Part shown: positions 13,065-25,254 of the stretch, piece by piece
Position numbering within the stretch: position 1 is the first letter of the stretch
Layout of the letters: the number at the start of each line of letters is the position of its first letter
Origin: Podarcis erhardii
Taxonomy: Eukaryota
Length of the DNA stretch: 64,000 bases
Reading direction: 5' to 3' (one strand)
Assembly: GCA_964252035.1 (NCBI GenBank)
Contig: OZ176206.1
Notes under the pieces: generated by a model
What the model saw: only the letters and a program-made list of their open reading frames with translations
What the model was told of the DNA's origin: nothing
Databases searched by the model: none
Position numbers and translations under genes: made by a program

Positions 13065-13107
<43 letters not shown>
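13065..13107. repeat. (GT)n microsatellite
   Basis: Uninterrupted GT run of about 21 units. Confidence 0.95.
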
Positions 13108-13108
<1 letters not shown>

Positions 13109-13269
13109 ATGCACACACATTCATTGGCTGATTCATCTTGGCCTGCTCTGTTGCAAGGCTAAACAGCATCTCCAGCAGCGGTGCTGGCTTGCTCCCGCAG
13201 GTGCTCAGGACCACACACCATCACCAGGGACAGAGCGAGAGCAGCCTCTCCCTTCCCAGCCATCCTTAC

Positions 13270-13462
13270 CCGATACATGTTCTCGTAGTTGCGGCAATGC
13301 TCGGTGAAGGGTGTCTCTCCACCTTCAGCCAGGAGCACCTTGGTGCTTATGTACCGGTGCATGGTGGGCTTCCGGACCAGGGAGCCCACCAGGGACATCT
13401 TTTCGCAGGTAGAGGAGCAGCCGGACACGAGGAGGGTCTTGGAGCAGGGACCTCCGGACATC
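13270..13462 (-). CDS. RNF207: RNF207 coding exon 12
   Basis: cctccag|GATGTCC...TATCGG|gtaagg; 193 nt, phase 2/0; ...VRKPTMHRYISTKVLLAEGGETPFTEHCRNYENMYR. Confidence 0.93.
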
Positions 13463-13651
13463 CTGGAGGAAGAAGAGGGAGCCAGCTGAAGAGAGGAGGA
13501 GTCCCTAAGCAAGAGGCTCCAGAAGGGAATGGCTTTGGATCTCAGCACTCATCATCAGGTGTGTTGCTTAAGGGGGAACAAAGTGTGTTGGAAGATGTGG
13601 CAAGGCTGCTTCTGCAGCAGGTGTGTGTTGTAAGGGGGAAAAAACCCTGTC

Positions 13652-14072
13652 CAGGGTTGTAAAGACTGCAGAGAGAATAATTGGGTGCACTCTTCCCACC
13701 TTGATCAAATCTATGCTTCCAGGTGTCATAAGAAAGCTGCAGAGATAGCGCAGGATAGTGCGCACCCCAGAAATGATCTCTTTCAGCTTCTGCCTTCTGG
13801 AAGAAGGTACAGGGTTATAAAGACTAGGACTAACCGCCTGAGAAACAGTTTCTATCCAAATGCGATTTTGGTTTTAAACGCAGTGTAAGGAGTCTTTATG
13901 GGAGTATATTGGATTTAATTATGGGGTATCAGAGATTTTAGGGGGCTAACCAGGCTGGGATAGCTGGGATAGCAGGCTTGTTGGTTTTTGAATGCCTGAT
14001 GTAGATTTTTTCAATTTCGTTGTTCTGTATGGGACAGTGACAATAAAGATTATCGTATTGTATCATATCGTA
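13652..14072 (+). mobile_element. 5'-truncated Rex1/Babar-like LINE 3' end
   Basis: RVVKTAERIIGCTLPTL, then a frameshift into DQIYASRCHKKAAEIAQDSAHPRNDLFQLLPSGRRYRVIKTRTNRLRNSFYPNAILVLN*; 3'UTR ends tttcgttgttctgta...gacaataaag followed by (tatcg)-like repeats. Confidence 0.75.
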
Positions 14073-15960
14073 AGGCCATAAGAAGAGCCCTTTTTTTCCA
14101 GGCTGATGGCCCATCTGGTCCAGCATCCTGTTCTCATAGGGGCCAACCAGATGCTTGTAAGAAACCAGCAAGCAGGACCCAAGCACAAGAGCACTTTCCC
14201 ATCTTGTGGTTTCTAGCAACTGGTATTCAGAAGCATCACTGCCTCTGACCATGAAGTCAGAGCATAGCTATCATGGCTAGTAGCTATCGATAGCCCTCTC
14301 CTCCATGAATTTGTCTAATCCTCTCTTACAGCCATCCAAATTGGTGGCCATCACGGCCCCCTGTGGGAGGGAGTTCCACAGTTTAGCTCTGCACTGTGAA
14401 TTAGGACTTTATTGTCCTGCATCTTCTAACATTCAGCTTCATTGGGGTGTCCACAAATTCCTAGGCATATAAGAGAGGGAGGAAAACTTTCCTCCATTCA
14501 CTTCCTCCAGGCCACGCATTATTTTATAAGCTTTGATTATGTCGCCTGTTGTGGGATAGATGGTCTGCGCACATGTCAGTTTTGGGCAGTAGCCACAAGA
14601 CGTCATCGTCAAAATCCCAGCCCAAATCCTGCCACCACCACCAGTTAATCCAGAGTTATTTTTTCCAAGGAAAATCTGATGGGAGTTAAAAACAAAAGGA
14701 AGCTATTGCCGATGACCAAGGCTGGTTCCAGACAGGGGTTTCATATAGCAAACAAGCCAAGCAGATATCACAAGCGGGTCACTGGCAAACAGTAATTTTT
14801 CCAAGAAAATGTAAATCTGGGTTAAGTGGGTAGAGTCAGTGAGCAATACAAACTGGCTTTTTGATGGCAACGGTGTTTTGACACTTGGGGAAATGTGCAT
14901 GCATCCCATAATAAACACCACTGTGAAGCAACACCCTTTGTGGTACCTCAGCAGCCCCTTTGCAATATCACAGTATTGGATTTGAAATTGGTTTTATATA
15001 TGTTACTGTGTTGACCTTTTTTAAAAAAAGAAAGAAAGAAAGACATGCAGTGATTTTAAAGCTGTTTTTAAATATTCAATGTATTTCGTGTATGTTTTTA
15101 TTGGATTGCGAAATGGCTTTGATAGGCTGCACAGAGAGCAGTCTATAAATGAAATTAATCATTATCACACACAAGCACACACACACACACACACACCTGG
15201 AAGCGTCATGAGTCAAAGACTGGTCCATCTACACCAGTAAAGGACTATCTGCCAATTAATTGTGATGTAACAAACCCTCCACCCACAACCAAATTAAAAA
15301 GAACCCGGCTGCAGCCTGACAGTCCTTCCCACTGACTCATCCCGCAGCCAAGACAGATGCTCAGATCGCCACTTACGGATCAGAAGGTTCATCCAGACTG
15401 GCAGATGGGGACTCCCTGCAGATTCTGCTTGGCCTTTCCCCTCAGCCGGGCACTTGGCACTCCCAGTCCAATGCTCTCAGCCTCAGTTTCCCTTTGGAGG
15501 GAAAGGGGATCCTGAAGACCCCCAGCCCAACCCATCACTTTGCCCCCAGTGCCTTGGGAGAGGGCCGTCCCTGCCTGCACAGCAATCAGCTGCACCAGAG
15601 CAGAGGGGCCTGTGATGTCAATGGTCCTAAATATATCCAGTGCCAGGGAAATGTGCTTTGCAGAGTTCTCTGAAATTCTGATAAAAATAGGGACGGGCAA
15701 ACTGCTAGCCAGGCAGGCTGGGATGTGTGCAAGGATCCACTGGGTTTGCCATCTGCTTCTCAAGTAGGTCGGGGCATGAAGGTGGTCAGGCAGACAACGG
15801 CAACAGGCACGCTAGCTGAGCGCCAAAAGCAAGACGCATCGGGATGTTGCTGTTTTCTAGGGCTCTCGGTCATTCCAGACCCAAGTAGTTGTAATAGGGT
15901 GTTTTGATACCTGGGGGAGGCTCCTCAGCTGACACCACTTACCCCATTCCAGGAATCAGT

Positions 15961-16298
15961 GGTGGGTGGCACTGTGGGTTAAACCACAGAGCCTAGGACT
16001 TGCCAATTAGAAGGTCGGCGGTTCGAATCCCCGCGACGGGGTGAGCTCCCGTTGCTCAGTCCCTGCTCCTGCCAACCTAGCAGTTCAAAACCACGTCCAA
16101 GTGCAAGTAGATAAATAGGTACCGCTCCGGCGGGAAGGTAAACGACGTTTCTGTGCACTGCTCTGGTTCACCAGAAGCGGCTTAGTCATGCTGGCCACAT
16201 GACACGGAAGCTGTACGCCGGCTCCCTTGGCCAATAAAGCGAGATGGGTGCCACAACCCCAGAGTCAGCAACCTGGTCAGGGTTCCCTTTACCTTTAC
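15961..16298 (+). mobile_element. Sauria-type SINE
   Basis: Same consensus as the 11075 copy; short deletion near the 3' end. Confidence 0.9.
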
Positions 16299-18010
16299 TA
16301 TGTTGCAGATAAGAACTTAAGGAAGAGCCCTGCTGGATGAGGACCATGACTCATTAGTCCAGCATCCTGTTCTCAGAGTGGCCAATCAGATGCCTGTAGG
16401 AAACCAGCAAGCAGGATCCGATCACAAGAGCAGCACTCTCCCCTCCTGGGGCTTCCAGCAACTTTTGTTCAGGGCAGAGCCCACCTGGCCAGTAGCCATC
16501 ACTAGCCCATCTCCTCCATGAATTTGTTTGCCAAATCCTCTTGTAATGGTACCCAGGTTGGTGGCCATCACTGCCTCCAGTGGGAGAGAGTTCCATAGTT
16601 TAACTGCTGGAATTCCAAAATTCTTATCACTCAGGTAGACTGTTCCTGCCTGGAGGCTGCGCTATGGTGCAAACAGACTGTTGGCCGTAGCTGTCACACC
16701 AGTCTCCCATTTCCTCCCTCCCAAACTAGCAGCCCTCAAATGCTTGTTTGCACAGCAAGGATCAGGACTCCAAAGGCACAAACGTGCAAAGATGGAGGTT
16801 ACTTATTTGCCTTCAGTTAACTGACCAAAACGTTTTCTTTTCTTCTTTTTTTTAAGCTGACACAGGTGTAACTGTTTAAGTCTCTTGCAGCAGAAACAAG
16901 GCTGCAGTGAAGCGAACATGCTTCAATGAAAGCCACAATAAATGTATTAGCTTATCCCCACCCACCTTGCCTAAGAATATTCTTACTAAAAAGTTTGATT
17001 TTGCAGAGCACCTGGTTGCAGAACAGCAACACGAACTCCAAATACATTCGGCAACATTTGGAGATGCAATGTGTGTGTAAGGCAAGCAAATGAAATTGTT
17101 TGCCAGAACAGAAAGGATTATTTTCAAGCAAGTCTGCACTAGATGGGCAAATACGTCCGTTTCAGTTTCTCTTAGTATCTCATCTTTCCATCTTTTGGTT
17201 TTCTACATTTCCACATCAGTTTACTTAAAAAAAAAGTCCTCAAAAAAATTCATCAGCACTTTGGCGCAAATTTCTCCTTATATGCGCATGCTTCTCTGCA
17301 ATGTTTGCAGAGCAGTTTCCCCTAATATAATGCATTTCCGCATGTTATTTTTTACAAATAAGTGCATTTTAATGCATACTTTTAATGCCTGCTGGAGAAC
17401 GGCAAAATTCAAAGGAGGACAAATTTTGAAGGTAGTATTGTTTCACAAAGTGAGAAGTCAGTAAGTAAATCTGCATCTAAATGCAAACAATCAATTTTCT
17501 GCCCAATCTCTGGAGCCTCTTTGCTGCAATTGCTGGAGCTAGTTTCCTTGCTCCACATCCCAAAGAAACAGAAACAGTGTTCTTCGTTTTCCTAGGTTCA
17601 ATCGGGTGCCAGCTGCACTGGGACTCTCTGACGCAACAGCCTCCCAACCAGCCAGCTTGGCTTCCTGGAACTGGCACTGCCAGCCCATCTGATCTGCTCG
17701 CTAATCAGGACAGCTCTTTTTGTCTCCAAGGGTGCCTGGTGCCCAGCTCAAAGGCAGGCAAGAGAAGTTTGGGCTTCAAAATCTCTCCAACCCGTATGCA
17801 GCTTTGTGCAATCCACCAGTGTTAAAAAATTCTTCACTGCATTTCCCTCCTCACAGATCCCCCTTCCCCAATGTTGTGTCCTCCAGGAGTTTTAGACTAC
17901 AACTCCCATCAGCCATTGCCTGTGTTTGTTGGCAGTGGATGATGGGACTTGTAGTCCGAAACATCTGGGGAAGGTTGCCACAGATGAAGCAGGACTCGGG
18001 AGCAGCTTAC

Positions 18011-18132
18011 ATGTTACTGTTGCTCATCCCAGGTCCGATGCCCGCTCCATTCACCACCACGGAGCGACGGGGCGCTAGAAGCAGCAAGGGCTCCAGGCAG
18101 TGGGCAAACTCAGCTCTGTATTCCGTGTTGAT
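18011..18132 (-). CDS. RNF207: RNF207 coding exon 11
   Basis: cttccag|ATCAAC...TAACAT|gtaagc; 122 nt; INTEYRAEFAHCLEPLLLLAPRRSVVVNGAGIGPGMSNSN. Confidence 0.92.
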
Positions 18133-18239
18133 CTGGAAGGGAAACCAATTAAGACGGGTCGTCATTCTGAAAGCACCCAGAGTTGCAAGCCTTCTCCTGC
18201 ATGTGGATATAAGAGGACTCTCTGGACAGGACTACGTGT

Positions 18240-18560
18240 CAAGGCAAACACGAGGCCACCGTAGTCCATGCTCTGGCAACTTCCAGATTGGATTACTGCA
18301 ATGCCCTCTACTTGGGGCTGCCCTTGAAGGCAACTCGGAAACTTCAAGTGGTCGGATAACTGGCTGAGGTTCTGTTTGGATCTCAATATAACCCGTTTAA
18401 AAACAACTGCACTGCTTGCCAGTTGGTTGCCAGGCCCAATTCAAGGTGTTCACGTTGGTATTTAAAGCTAAATGACTCAGAAATATCTCAAAGACGTGCC
18501 TCCCTCCTTGCAATCCTTCTATAGCCTGTGTTTGGCAGAGGGGCCCTTTTGATAGTTCTT
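18240..18560 (+). mobile_element. L2 LINE fragment
   Basis: [33 protein letters not shown]...QFKVFTLVFKA remnants. Confidence 0.75.
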
Positions 18561-18910
18561 TCTCTCTCAGAGGCTTGTGGAAAGGGGGTGCAATCCAGGA
18601 GAGGGTCTTGTCTGTGAAGACACACCTATGGTATGTAGGCAGCCTCATCTTTGTCTCCCGCAAAACTCTGGAAAGCCTCAGGTACAGAACCTGGAGTTAA
18701 AGCAAACACCCAAATTTGGCTTTACAGGTGTGCTGCTAGACCTCATGGCACAGACTATATTCCAGGCTTGCCGGGTGACCTTCCCATGAAGAACTGATAG
18801 ATGAAACAGGCATGATCCCAGAGGGAAAGGTGGGTGAACATTTGCTCAAATGCTCTCTGGGTGCCTGGAGTTGCTAGGTTGGCTCAGCAGGGAAGAACAG
18901 AAACTTGTAC

Positions 18911-18979
18911 CTTGCTCGTCTGGGAGGGCCTCAGTCGATGGGGCAGCTTGACGATTTTTTGCAGCCTCTCCATCAGTTG
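18911..18979 (-). CDS. RNF207: RNF207 coding exon 10
   Basis: tttcag|CAACTG...AGCAAG|gtacaa; 69 nt; QLMERLQKIVKLPHRLRPSQTSK. Confidence 0.95.
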
Positions 18980-19556
18980 CTGAAAACAGAATTGTGGATG
19001 ATTTGGTCAGTTCTATGAAATGCCGCCCTCAGTTGTGAAAGCAGCCCCTGCCCCATGGCTGTTTCTGGTCAAGAACAAGAACCACCTGGCCATCTGTCAG
19101 GGATTCTTTAGCTGTGATTGCAGGAGGCTGGATGAGATGCCTCTTGGGGCCCCTTCCAACTCTGTAGTTCTATGATCTCCTTAGTTACTTCTTTCTTTGT
19201 AAGTGCTCTCAAAACACCAGAGTTCTTGGCATAACCTCTGAGCCCCCAAACTCTGCTGTTGCTATGTCTACACAGCTGAATTAAATGCACCTTCTTCTCC
19301 CCTGATCCCCAAGCTGCCATTTCCATCCTTGTCTTCCCTGTGTCAAAGTTTGGTTTGTAAACTCCTTGGGGCAGGGCTCTATCCTCTTTTTCTTGATGGA
19401 AGTACAAAGATTCATAACCATCATGTGCTTCTGAGCATCTGCAGAGTGCTTTTCTTGCCCTGGAAACTCACAAGAAGGGCTTTGCGCCTCATCTGAGTAC
19501 CCACAGAGGCAGCTGTGATAAGGGGGTGTTATTTGAATTTGTGGGTGATGACTTAC

Positions 19557-19625
19557 ATAGCCTAAATCAAGGAATTCAGCCTTGTTTGCAGAGCTGAGGA
19601 AAGCAGAGCACGTCACCAGGTGGAC
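19557..19625 (-). CDS. RNF207: RNF207 coding exon 9
   Basis: cttcag|GTCCAC...GGCTAT|gtaagt; 69 nt; VHLVTCSAFLSSANKAEFLDLGY. Confidence 0.96.
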
Positions 19626-20273
19626 CTGAAGAGGAGAGGAAAGGAAACATGACCCCTGTGCAAATACCAAAACTATGAGTACTTGGAGCAGAGGAACCGA
19701 GAGGGCCTCTGAGCATGTGCAAAGGGCGTTTCTCTCACCACTGAGCAGGCTATATATGCCTCCTCCCCTCTGGGGTGGGGAGACAGAGCTCCCTCACCTT
19801 AGACTGCTTGGCTTCCATGAAGACCTAAACCTCACTCAATTTTGGTGTCAGTCCAACCACAACCTGCCATTCTACGTTTTATCTCATGAGACTTCCAAGT
19901 GCCTCCAAACTCTGGCAAAACTTGACATATAATTTTAGGAAACGAGGACGATGGTACCTTACCTGACCTTGAAGGTTAGGGTGCACTATAAATATAATGC
20001 AATGCAAATATAGAAAGTGGGATTCTCGTCTTCTCTGCCATTCAGATTGGGTGTATTTTTGTTTGTTTACTCAAATTTACACCCTCCCCACCTCAAGCTC
20101 AAGGAAGCACCCATCGTTTTGTCCTCACAAGCACCCTATGCGGTAAGCAGGGCTGAGATATGGTGACTGTGCCTGTTGAATTCTTGCCTGCCACATTACT
20201 GTTAATGTGCAGAGAGCCTTCCTTTTTTTTGGGGGGGGGAGGAATGGTCACCCTCCCAACTCAGGTACTTTAC

Positions 20274-20346
20274 CTGTAGGGTGGGCAGCAAAGATGCCAA
20301 GTGTGCCAGCTGTTCCTTGAAAGCTTTTTCCTTTTCTTCATACTGG
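20274..20346 (-). CDS. RNF207: RNF207 coding exon 8
   Basis: ttccag|CCAGTAT...CTACAG|gtaaag; 73 nt; QYEEKEKAFKEQLAHLASLLPTLQ. Confidence 0.96.
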
Positions 20347-20511
20347 CTGGAAATGACAATAATATAAAATAATGATCCTATTATAAGGCTGCTTATGGAC
20401 AAAATGAGAGAGCTCCACAGTTAGAGAGGTGGGAATGAACCTGAAATGTGCTAACCGATGATATTTAAAATGCATCTGAAGCAGCCAGAGAAACTTCCAT
20501 ACCTCTTAATA

Positions 20512-20858
20512 AAAGGTAAAGGGACCATTAGGTCCAGTCGTGGCCGACTCTGGGGTTGCGGTGATCATCTCACTTTATTGGCCGAGGGAGCCGGCGTACA
20601 GCTTCCAGGTCATGTGGCCAGCATGACTAAGCCACTTCTGGCGAACCAGAGCAGTGCACGGAAACGCTGTTTACCTTCCCGCCGGAACAGTACCTATTTA
20701 TCTACTTGCACTTTGATGTGCTTTTGAACTGCTAGGTTGGCAGGAGAAGGACCGAGCAACGGGAGCTCACCCTGTTGTGGGGATTCAAACCACTGACTTT
20801 CTGATCGGCAAGTCCTAGGCTCTGTGATTTAACCCACAGCGCCACCCGCATCCCATTT
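20512..20858 (-). mobile_element. Sauria-type SINE with TSD
   Basis: Reverse-orientation copy; TSD cctcttaata (20502-20511 / 20859-20868). Confidence 0.9.
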
Positions 20859-21134
20859 CCTCTTAATACCTGCCCATAAAAACAGAACTGAGGTTAGAGC
20901 CTAGGGGGATGGCAGCACTTTGCAGTAAATCTCTTAAGAAGATAAGAACATAAGGCAAGCTTGCTGGATCAGGCCAATGGCCCATCTAATCCAGCATCCT
21001 CTTCTCACAGTGGCCAACGAGATGCTTATGCGAAGCCTGCAAGCAGGACCTGAGCACTCTCCAGTTGTTGCTCCTCATTATCTGGTATTCAGAGGTAGGC
21101 TGTCCCTGGGCATGGAAGTTCTGCTGTGACAATA

Positions 21135-21471
21135 AAGGTAAAGCGACCCCTGACCATTAGGTCCAGTCACGGACGACCCTGGGGTTGCGGCGCTCATCTC
21201 GCTTTACTTGCCGAGGGAGCCGGCGTACAGCTTCCAGGTCATGTGGCCAGCATGACTTAGCCACTTTCTGGCGAGGAAACGCCGTTTACCTTCCTGCCGG
21301 AGTGGTACCTATTTATCTGCTTGCACTTCATGCTTTCGAACTGCTAGGTTGGCAGGAGCTGGGACCGAGCAACGGGAGCTCACCCCGTTGTGGGGATTTG
21401 AACCGCCGACCTTCTGATTGGCAAGCCCTAGGCTCTGTGGTTTAACCCACAGCGCCACCCGTGTCCCGCTT
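21135..21471 (-). mobile_element. Sauria-type SINE with TSD
   Basis: Reverse copy; TSD tgacaata (21127-21134 / 21472-21479); inserted into a CR1-type fragment. Confidence 0.9.
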
Positions 21472-21778
21472 TGACAATAGACCTCCATAAAAAGAGCCCT
21501 GCTGGATCAAGCCAAAGGCCCATCAAGTCTAGCATCCTGTTCTCACAGAGGTCAGCCTCCTGTGGGAGGAAGTTCCAAAGTTTAACTATGTGCTGCATGA
21601 AGAAGTCCTTTCTTTTTATCTGTCCTGAATAAATCCTTCACAACACATGAGCAAGGTCTGTGTGGGTTGTTGTCGCTATACTAAAGTTTTGTTTGGATAA
21701 GCCCCAAGACACTCCTGCATCTTTTCTGCCAACGGGGAAAAAACCAGACAAGGAGTCTGAGCACAGGACCACTTTTAC

Positions 21779-21825
21779 CTCTGAACGACTTTCAAAAGCA
21801 TCTTCTTCCGCTCTGCCAATTTCTC
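21779..21825 (-). CDS. RNF207: RNF207 coding exon 7
   Basis: ccacag|GAGAAA...TCAGAG|gtaaaa; 47 nt; EKLAERKKMLLKVVQS. Confidence 0.93.
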
Positions 21826-22008
21826 CTGTGGAAAAGAGACAGACAGACAGAGAGAGATATGAACTGTTCCTCACGTCAAGCACTAGGCAGCCTCCCTCCC
21901 TCCACCACAACTGGGCTTCTAGGGGGTAGGCTGCTGCCTCAGAGAGCGCCCCCTGCAGGCAGACTCAAGCACCAAGGCTGCAAGTGACCCTTCCCAGCCT
22001 CAATTCAC

Positions 22009-22134
22009 CTGCATGCTGCTGAAGAGCGAGTTTATAGATGTCTCCTCCTCGTCCGCGCTGTTGCGGACCTCCTCGATCATGGCTTTGAGGAGCACTATTG
22101 CCTCCCGGGTGGATGTCTGGAGCTCTTTCACAGC
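22009..22134 (-). CDS. RNF207: RNF207 coding exon 6
   Basis: actcag|GCTGTG...ATGCAG|gtgaat; 126 nt; AVKELQTSTREAIVLLKAMIEEVRNSADEEETSINSLFSSMQ. Confidence 0.95.
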
Positions 22135-22945
22135 CTGAGTCACAGGGCAGAAAAGGTGAGTGTTGAAAACCGCAGGTGTTATCAGTAGGGGAGCAGAGCA
22201 GACCCCACGGAAAGGGCAAGATTAAGAATCATGGAATTGCAGCATCGGAAAAGATTTCAAGGATCATCTAGTCCAACTCCCTGCAATGCAGGAATCACAG
22301 CTCCAGAATCCCTGACAATAGCCGCTCAACCTCTGCTTAAATATCTCCAATGAAGGAGAGTCCACCGCCTTCTGACGGTCTTCCTGTCTCAATGTCCTGT
22401 CATTTGAATCCATTGGTTTGGGTCCTACCAGCCCCCGTCAGCCCCAGCTAGCACAGAGGGTGGGAGTTGTAGTCCAAAGCATCTGGGGGCACCAGGTTGG
22501 CAAAGACTGATTCTACCACCCTTCACCTTTTAAAAACAACTTACATCAAAGGTTCCTAGATGTACATTCTGTTATTCAGAGCTCCTTCACCCAAATCTCA
22601 ACCCGGAGCCCATTCACAAAACAGATGCCTTAAGTGTCCTAGCCAGGAAAACCAGTCACACAACTGTATCAGTTCCCAAATCCACAGCCTTCCAGAAACG
22701 ATGGACTACGATTCCCATCAGTCCCAGCAAGCACAGTGAGGTTGATGGGAATTGTAATCTAAATCATCAGGTGAAGGCTGCCATTGCCAATTGGCTTAAA
22801 AAACAGGGAGGTTGGGCCTGCTTCAAGATGATCTGGCAATAACCGTGACCAGATCCTTCTGCCTAGGTTGCATTAAGATAAAGCGTCTCCCAGCCACAGA
22901 CCACCCCCACCCCCTCAGTGAAACCTCTTCAGTTTTTATACCCAC

Positions 22946-23021
22946 CATCACGGCCTGGTCTAGCTTCTCACAGCCCTGCATATACGCAGTCTCAATATCG
23001 ATGCAATGCGCTCGACTCTCC
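22946..23021 (-). CDS. RNF207: RNF207 coding exon 5
   Basis: ctccag|GGAGAGT...GTGATG|gtgggt; 76 nt; ESRAHCIDIETAYMQGCEKLDQAVM. Confidence 0.95.
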
Positions 23022-24220
23022 CTGGAGCAGGAAAGACCAGAGAAGGAGGTATCAGAGGGGAAGCGCTGTGGGCCAGTAGCAAAGTATTTTGTTTTGCATG
23101 CAGAAGGCCCTGGGTTCAATCCCTAGTTTCTGGAAGGTCTGGATATGTCCCCAGTCTGTATTCTTGGACAGCTGCTACCAGTCAGTGTCGACAATACTAA
23201 GCTAAATGGACCAAAACTTGCTATTAAGGAATATTAAGTCTTTGTCATCCACAACATGACCGCTTTCTTTCTTTCTTTTAAGAAAGGGTATCCTGTGGCA
23301 AGGAGTTCCACTGGCTCATTATGCACGTTATATAAATGTAGCTTCCTTTGCAGATGTGTGTGTCAAACCCATCAGGGTTCAGCGGGCAACTCTTAAGCTT
23401 TCATCTTTGGATGTTGTTGTTGTTTTTTAAAAATCATGATATTCATTTATCAATTCCATTATCTCAGTTTGTTTTTTCCGAAATGCTTTTTCTCCCCCCC
23501 CCCCCTTTTTTTTACTTTGCCTTTATACAATACCAACCCAACAACATTAAACGTACTTCCAGATGACCTGTTAATTGTGCATTCATCCTGATATGTTTGC
23601 AGGGAGGTTCCATGATCTTGTGTCAGAGGTAGTTCTTATCCCACCCTTCCTGTTTTCCTATTGCTTACTGGAAAAAATCTCAGTCTCTTGGGAAAGTGGG
23701 TTGGTTACACAAGTGCTCCTAATCAACTGTAGCTGTGCAGCCTGAATTTGCCAGTATGTGAATGAACTGCACTCCCCAGAAAGTAGCAACAAAAGTCTGG
23801 AGGCAGCCTTAAGAAGAAATTTCCTGGGTTTCCCATTCTCTCAGGCTACTCTACCACCTGTTTTGCATCCTCTGATGCCTGGAATACCCTCCTAGATCCT
23901 GGATATGGTGCCATTTCCCTCTTTTCACTTCTTCAACACCCCCACCCTGGTCCATGAAGTCTTCAACTTCTCCCCAGATGCACCGAAATTTAAATCTGCA
24001 TTGCAGCATATTTTGTCATTTACTGCTTTGTCCTTTCTCTGTTCTCTCCCTGCTATCAGTCTTTAGACCAAACTTTGGCAGCCTGGCTTAGGCTGATGGG
24101 AATTGCACTTCAAAATATCTGGAGAACCCCTCTAGATGCTAAGCTCCACCTCGGAGCAGGGACCTCTCTTCCTGTTGCCTGCAAAAAGCCATGGCCAGAT
24201 ATGAAATAACAGCAACTCAC

Positions 24221-24302
24221 ACGGGCATGTCCCGAAAACAGTTGATGCAGAGCATGGACTTTTTCTCTGTTGAGAACATGATGTAGAGTTCCTCGTGAAG
24301 TG
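24221..24302 (-). CDS. RNF207: RNF207 coding exon 4
   Basis: ttccag|CACTTC...GCCCGT|gtgagt; 82 nt; LHEELYIMFSTEKKSMLCINCFRDMP. Confidence 0.95.
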
Positions 24303-24883
24303 CTGGAAGAGACACAGGTGTCACTTTTAAGCTTGAAATATATATAAAAAAGAAATTAAACAAAAAAGAAAAAATCTCCAATGAAGGAGAGTCCATCATC
24401 TTCTGATGGAGCACATTCTACTATCAAACAGCTCTATTGAACCACCTCCTCATGGTGCAGCAATAAAGCTGCTGGCATGCTTGTGAAGCTAAGCAGGATC
24501 TGGTGTGGTTTCAAATTGGATGGGAGACCACTGTTACAATTAATGGAAGTTGAGCTCAGGGTCCCTTCCAGCTGAACAATTCTTTAATTCTATGATATGC
24601 CCTGTAAATAGAAACAGCTCTATTGAAAAGTTCTTAATGTTTATTCAGAATCTCCTTCCCTGTAATTTGAATCAATTTGTTCCTAGATGTGCATTCTGTT
24701 ATAAAGAAGCAGCAGAAAACAAGCTTGCTCCCTCTTCCATGTAATGGACCTTAGATATTTGAAGAAAAAACTACCCTATCCCCTCTCAGTCTTCTCTCAA
24801 CTAAGCAAACCCAACTCCCTCGATCCTTTCTCCTAAGGTTTGGCTTCCAGAGAGTTAAGGAAGGCTATGGGAAAGACACTTAC

Positions 24884-25028
24884 AACATTTCTTGTGGATG
24901 TCTTTGATACGCTTGGTCAGGGAGACGATCTCGTGACGGGAGAACATTCTGGCTTTATGGGTCTCCTCGCGGCACTTGGAGCAGAGAGGCTGGTGGCAGG
25001 TATTGCAGAAATACATGGCGTCCAAGTC
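24884..25028 (-). CDS. RNF207: RNF207 coding exon 3 (B-box zinc finger)
   Basis: ccccag|GACTTG...AATGTT|gtaagt; 145 nt; DLDAMYFCNTCHQPLCSKCREETHKARMFSRHEIVSLTKRIKDIHKKC. Confidence 0.96.
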
Positions 25029-25254
25029 CTGGGGGAGGTGGGAGGTTGGAGGGCAAAGCTCTGGTTGGCATGCCTGGTCCACCACCACACACTGGCAGAA
25101 CATTTTTTTCAGTGGCAACAGTGGGTGCCCCAGGATGTGCACCGCAGCATAGATTGCAACACAGAGGCAATTTTTAAAACAGCAGTTTGACAGTTTTTGA
25201 CTGCTTTTCGTGAAAAGGCTGAAGAAATTCCATTTGAGCTTAACTAACTTGCAC

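Noticed and set aside
17720-18367. 215-aa plus-strand ORF
   Set aside because: Runs through a MITE, the antisense of an RNF207 exon and an L2 fragment; composite and non-coding.
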